Assembly (NCBI GenBank): GCA_022865345.1
Contig: JALHSU010000261.1
Coordinates: 1 to 53,415 of the forward strand
Direction of reading: 5' to 3'
DNA: 53,415 nt
DNA from: Candidatus Zixiibacteriota bacterium
GTDB lineage: Bacteria > Zixibacteria > MSB-5A5 > RBG-16-43-9
The notes under the pieces were generated by a model that ran no database searches, was not told the DNA's origin, and saw only the letters and a list, made by a program, of their open reading frames with translations. Every line of letters begins with the position of its first letter. Position 1 is the stretch's first letter. Position numbers and translations under genes: made by a program. Shown in pieces: positions 50,583 to 53,415 of the stretch.

Positions 50583-53415
50583 CTACTGCCTACTGTTTGC
50601 TTTCAGTTTCTTCAGTCTTTCCTTTGCATCCGCAATTTCCGGTATCCCAGGGTCAGCATTTTTCCAGATATCCAGAAACTGCTCATATTGCTCAATTGCT
50701 TTTTTAGTCCAGCCTGATTTCTCATAAGCCAAGCCTAAAAGATAATATGCTTTCACTGCCCTGGAAGACCATACTCTGTCATCATCATATCTTGAAAGTG
50801 CTTTTTCTAATTGAGATACTGCCTCGTCCAGTCTGCCTTTATTCAAGTAAATTTCTGCCAGATGACAACGGAGATCAAAAGACGGAGTTGGTGAGTCCTT
50901 ATACGCCCTTTCTAAATAGCTCAATGCCATGTTTGTGTCCCTTTTGATTAACTCAATGTCGCCCAATGTCCACCAGTAAGAAAACATCAGCTTTGGATTC
51001 TTCTCCTCAATATCCTTTTTTAAAGCCTTTGCTAATTCCTCAGCTTCAGCGATTTTTCCACTCTTAGTGAGAAGAAAAGCGTAACCATCCCTCCCATATA
51101 TTGGATCATCAGGTTTGGCTTTTTTGTATATTTCCATGCCTATCTCTGCTTCCTTTAACGCTAAACCCATCTTTTTCTGCCTTTCACAGAGAAGAAATGC
51201 CTTATCGAAATGTTTATAGGCGTTCAATTCTGATTCAAACTGTTCCATTCTGTCTGCGGCAATGCCATCGTCCAGAACCTTGAGGGCATCTTCAAATTTC
51301 CCCTGATAAAAAGGAATATGTTTTAAGTATAACCTTCCCATCGACCTGTAGAACTTTTCACTGCTGGATGAGAGTGCCTGAAAACAGCTTTCCGCTTTAG
51401 CATAATCCTTCTTGAAAACATACATATCCCCCAGTTTCCAGCGAGATAGATAAAAATCTGGTTTTTTCTCTAAAGCTTTTTTGTAAGATTCAATTGCCTG
51501 GTCGAGTTTTCCGTTCCGGGCATAAAGGTCACCTCTGGTATCATAGGGATTAGGTTCATCCGGGGCTAATTCTATATACTTGTTTATAGCCCAGATGGAT
51601 TTATCAAAATCCCCCATTGCATCGTAGGCATAGGCAAGAAGATTGTAAACCATCTTGTAGAGAGGGTCTATCTGGATGGCTTTGTTAAGGTAATGAATTG
51701 CTTCTTCGGACTGGTGTAGATTGCGATAATAAATATGCCCTAAGGTAAAAAATGCCTGTTTTTCATCAGGATAACTTTCCACTATCTTTTTTAGTACCTT
51801 TATAGCTTGAGGATAATCACCTGTTACATATGCCTCAAAGCCTTCAATATAGAGTTTCTCCTTGTGGGTTATCTTATCTGTGTATTTTGCAGCTTTGGTA
51901 ATAGACTCTCTTGCTGCCCGAGTATCGCCTTCATAGTTTTTAGTCACTGCCAGCCAATAATAAGCCATAGCAAAGGTAGAATCAAGTTCCAGAGCTTTAT
52001 TGAAACTTCTCTCTGCCTCTGCAAAGTAAAGTTTATAACAGTAATCAGTGCCTTCGAGATAGTAACGATATGCTTCTTGGGAATGGGTGGTAACCTTAGC
52101 TACTGATGGTTCCTTCTCCTGCTGGGCTGAGACAGGAAGCGAGAAATCTTTTTTTAATGCTACGGTTAGTTTATCAACCAAAGAAAAGATGTCTTGTTCC
52201 TTCTCTCCGGTGATTCGCTGGGATGCTTTTATTTCACCGGTTCCGACATCAACTAACTGGGTCGTTATTTCGATTCTTGGCTTAACTTGAAGTATACTCC
52301 CCAGAAGCATCCACTTAACCCCGGCTTTTGTAGCAACCTGGGTTGCCATATTCTTATCTATCCTTTTCTCTCCTTCCCTGCCTAAAAGCTTGAGGATATC
52401 ATACAATCTCTGGCTGGATACTACCTTGAGATATTGTGACTCCGATAAACCAGTGATAAGCAGGTTAGTAACAATTTCGCCAAGCTTTTGCTTGTCCTCC
52501 GGATCAACCAGATTGTCAAAATACATCACTGCCAGGGAGTTCTCCTTAGCTATTGCCCCTTTTTCCGGAGCTATTTCAAATTTGAAAGGTTTAAGAATCA
52601 AGAAAAGTAAAACCAGGATGACCACAACTGAGGCAGGAATTGCAATCGGAAGAACTTTCCTTTTAGGCTTGGGAAGAATAACCTCTTTAGGAATCTGTCC
52701 GGTCTTCAGATAATCCAAGCTCTTTCTTTCCCTTCTTAAATCTGCCAGAAGATCATCTATGTGCTGGTACCTCTCATCTTTTTCTTTTACCAATGCCTTG
52801 TAAACCATGTCTTCTAATTTAGCTGAGACCTGATTGTTGAAACGGGCTATTGGTTGTGGCTCCTCGTTGATTATTGAGTAGATAACAGCGGCTTGATGCT
52901 CTCCAGCAAAAGGAAGCTTACCGGTCAAAAGCTCATATAAGACCACTCCAAAAGAGAAAATATCGCTTCTCTGGTCAACTTCCTCACCTTGTGCTTGCTC
53001 TGGTGACATATAGGCAAGAGTCCCTAAGGTCGAGCGGGTCTTGGTAAGCTTGGTAGCTCCCTTTAGTTTTGCCAGTCCAAAGTCCATTATCTTAACCTGA
53101 CCGCTAGGAGTAAGCATTATGTTGTCTGATTTGATATCCCTATGCACTATACCCTTCTCATGAGCCATCGCCAGACCTTCGCATATCTGTATCCCGATAT
53201 CTAAAACCTTCTTTATAGAAAGAGCTTCTTTCTCAATCGCCTGCTTTAAAGTCTTACCTTCTACATATTCCATCACTATAAACATCTGCCCTTCAAACTC
53301 ATCTATCTCATAAATGGTGGTGATATTGGTATGATTCAAAGCTGATGCGGCTTTGGCTTCGTGGATGAATCTTTCTTTCTCCTCAAACTCAGAGGTCAGG
53401 TGAGGTGGCAAAAAC
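50583..53415 (-). CDS. paralogous Ser/Thr protein kinase/TPR protein (5' end beyond the window end)
   Basis: Same architecture as 47637..50561 and roughly four-fifths identical by eye. The reading frame is open to the window edge, and the track's M at 53411 is internal. Confidence 0.9.
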   Translation of the reverse strand, partial: FLPPHLTSEFEEKERFIHEAKAASALNHTNITTIYEIDEFEGQMFIVMEYVEGKTLKQAIEKEALSIKKVLDIGIQICEGLAMAHEKGIVHRDIKSDNIMLTPSGQVKIMDFGLAKLKGATKLTKTRSTLGTLAYMSPEQAQGEEVDQRSDIFSFGVVLYELLTGKLPFAGEHQAAVIYSIINEEPQPIARFNNQVSAKLEDMVYKALVKEKDERYQHIDDLLADLRRERKSLDYLKTGQIPKEVILPKPKRKVLPIAIPASVVVILVLLFLILKPFKFEIAPEKGAIAKENSLAVMYFDNLVDPEDKQKLGEIVTNLLITGLSESQYLKVVSSQRLYDILKLLGREGEKRIDKNMATQVATKAGVKWMLLGSILQVKPRIEITTQLVDVGTGEIKASQRITGEKEQDIFSLVDKLTVALKKDFSLPVSAQQEKEPSVAKVTTHSQEAYRYYLEGTDYCYKLYFAEAERSFNKALELDSTFAMAYYWLAVTKNYEGDTRAARESITKAAKYTDKITHKEKLYIEGFEAYVTGDYPQAIKVLKKIVESYPDEKQAFFTLGHIYYRNLHQSEEAIHYLNKAIQIDPLYKMVYNLLAYAYDAMGDFDKSIWAINKYIELAPDEPNPYDTRGDLYARNGKLDQAIESYKKALEKKPDFYLSRWKLGDMYVFKKDYAKAESCFQALSSSSEKFYRSMGRLYLKHIPFYQGKFEDALKVLDDGIAADRMEQFESELNAYKHFDKAFLLCERQKKMGLALKEAEIGMEIYKKAKPDDPIYGRDGYAFLLTKSGKIAEAEELAKALKKDIEEKNPKLMFSYWWTLGDIELIKRDTNMALSYLERAYKDSPTPSFDLRCHLAEIYLNKGRLDEAVSQLEKALSRYDDDRVWSSRAVKAYYLLGLAYEKSGWTKKAIEQYEQFLDIWKNADPGIPEIADAKERLKKLKANSRQ

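Noticed and set aside
1-53415. Search for an autonomous mobile element (transposase, RAYT, integrase) that could explain the repeats
   Set aside because: No ORF in the track or in my reading shows DDE, HUH/Y1, tyrosine- or serine-recombinase features. A driver, if it exists, must lie outside this window.

Overview
This is a 53.4-kb chromosomal window from what looks like an uncultivated diderm (LPS-making) bacterium. GC content is moderate, Shine-Dalgarno sites are strong (AAGGAGG), and promoters look sigma70-like (TTGAC[A/T]-N16/17-TAnAAT). No rRNA, CRISPR array, transposase, integrase or prophage genes are visible.

Gene content, in order:
- A mixed housekeeping block: partial nitroreductase, SDR, prolyl oligopeptidase, PNPOx-like protein, LUD-domain protein and a cold-shock protein.
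- A canonical yceD-rpmF-plsX-fabH-fabD-fabG-acpP-fabF-rnc fatty-acid and ribosomal operon, followed by an acyl-CoA dehydrogenase.
- tRNA-Arg(ACG).
- A miscellaneous stretch: two small lipoproteins (one a cupredoxin), DUF1848, a PEGA/TPR membrane protein, a methyltransferase, a ChrB-C-like protein, Usp, a YtfI/YtfJ-like pair, a GNAT, an outer-membrane barrel, a double M16 peptidase, DUF2892, EamA, cysK and a cytidylate-kinase-like protein.
- A lipid A/Kdo cluster: lpxC-fabZ fusion, lpxA, Gfo/Idh/MocA, lpxB, DUF374, waaA, lpxK. It is interrupted by a cytochrome c peroxidase plus a heme-motif beta-barrel pair.
- nadB and guaA.
- Two tandem paralogous Ser/Thr-kinase/TPR membrane proteins.

Three things stand out:
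1. Almost every intergenic gap, including gaps inside operons, is packed with short modular hairpins. One superfamily is clamped by (T)GTAG...CTAC(A) around interchangeable palindromic cores. A second is a MITE-like GTCATTCTGAG / GTCATTGCGAG family whose stem differences are compensatory. Copies are nested inside each other's loops, recur as ordered cassettes, and touch gene starts and stops. No transposase is present in the window.
2. A low-GC, hairpin-free two-gene islet sits between lpxK and nadB. It encodes a HARE-HTH-like plus PD-(D/E)xK-like protein and a small partner, and is a candidate restriction or defence module.
3. An outer-membrane barrel gene appears to have been inserted into a duplicated 5' end of the M16 peptidase gene.

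All calls come from reading the sequence and the ORF track by eye. No database search was run.
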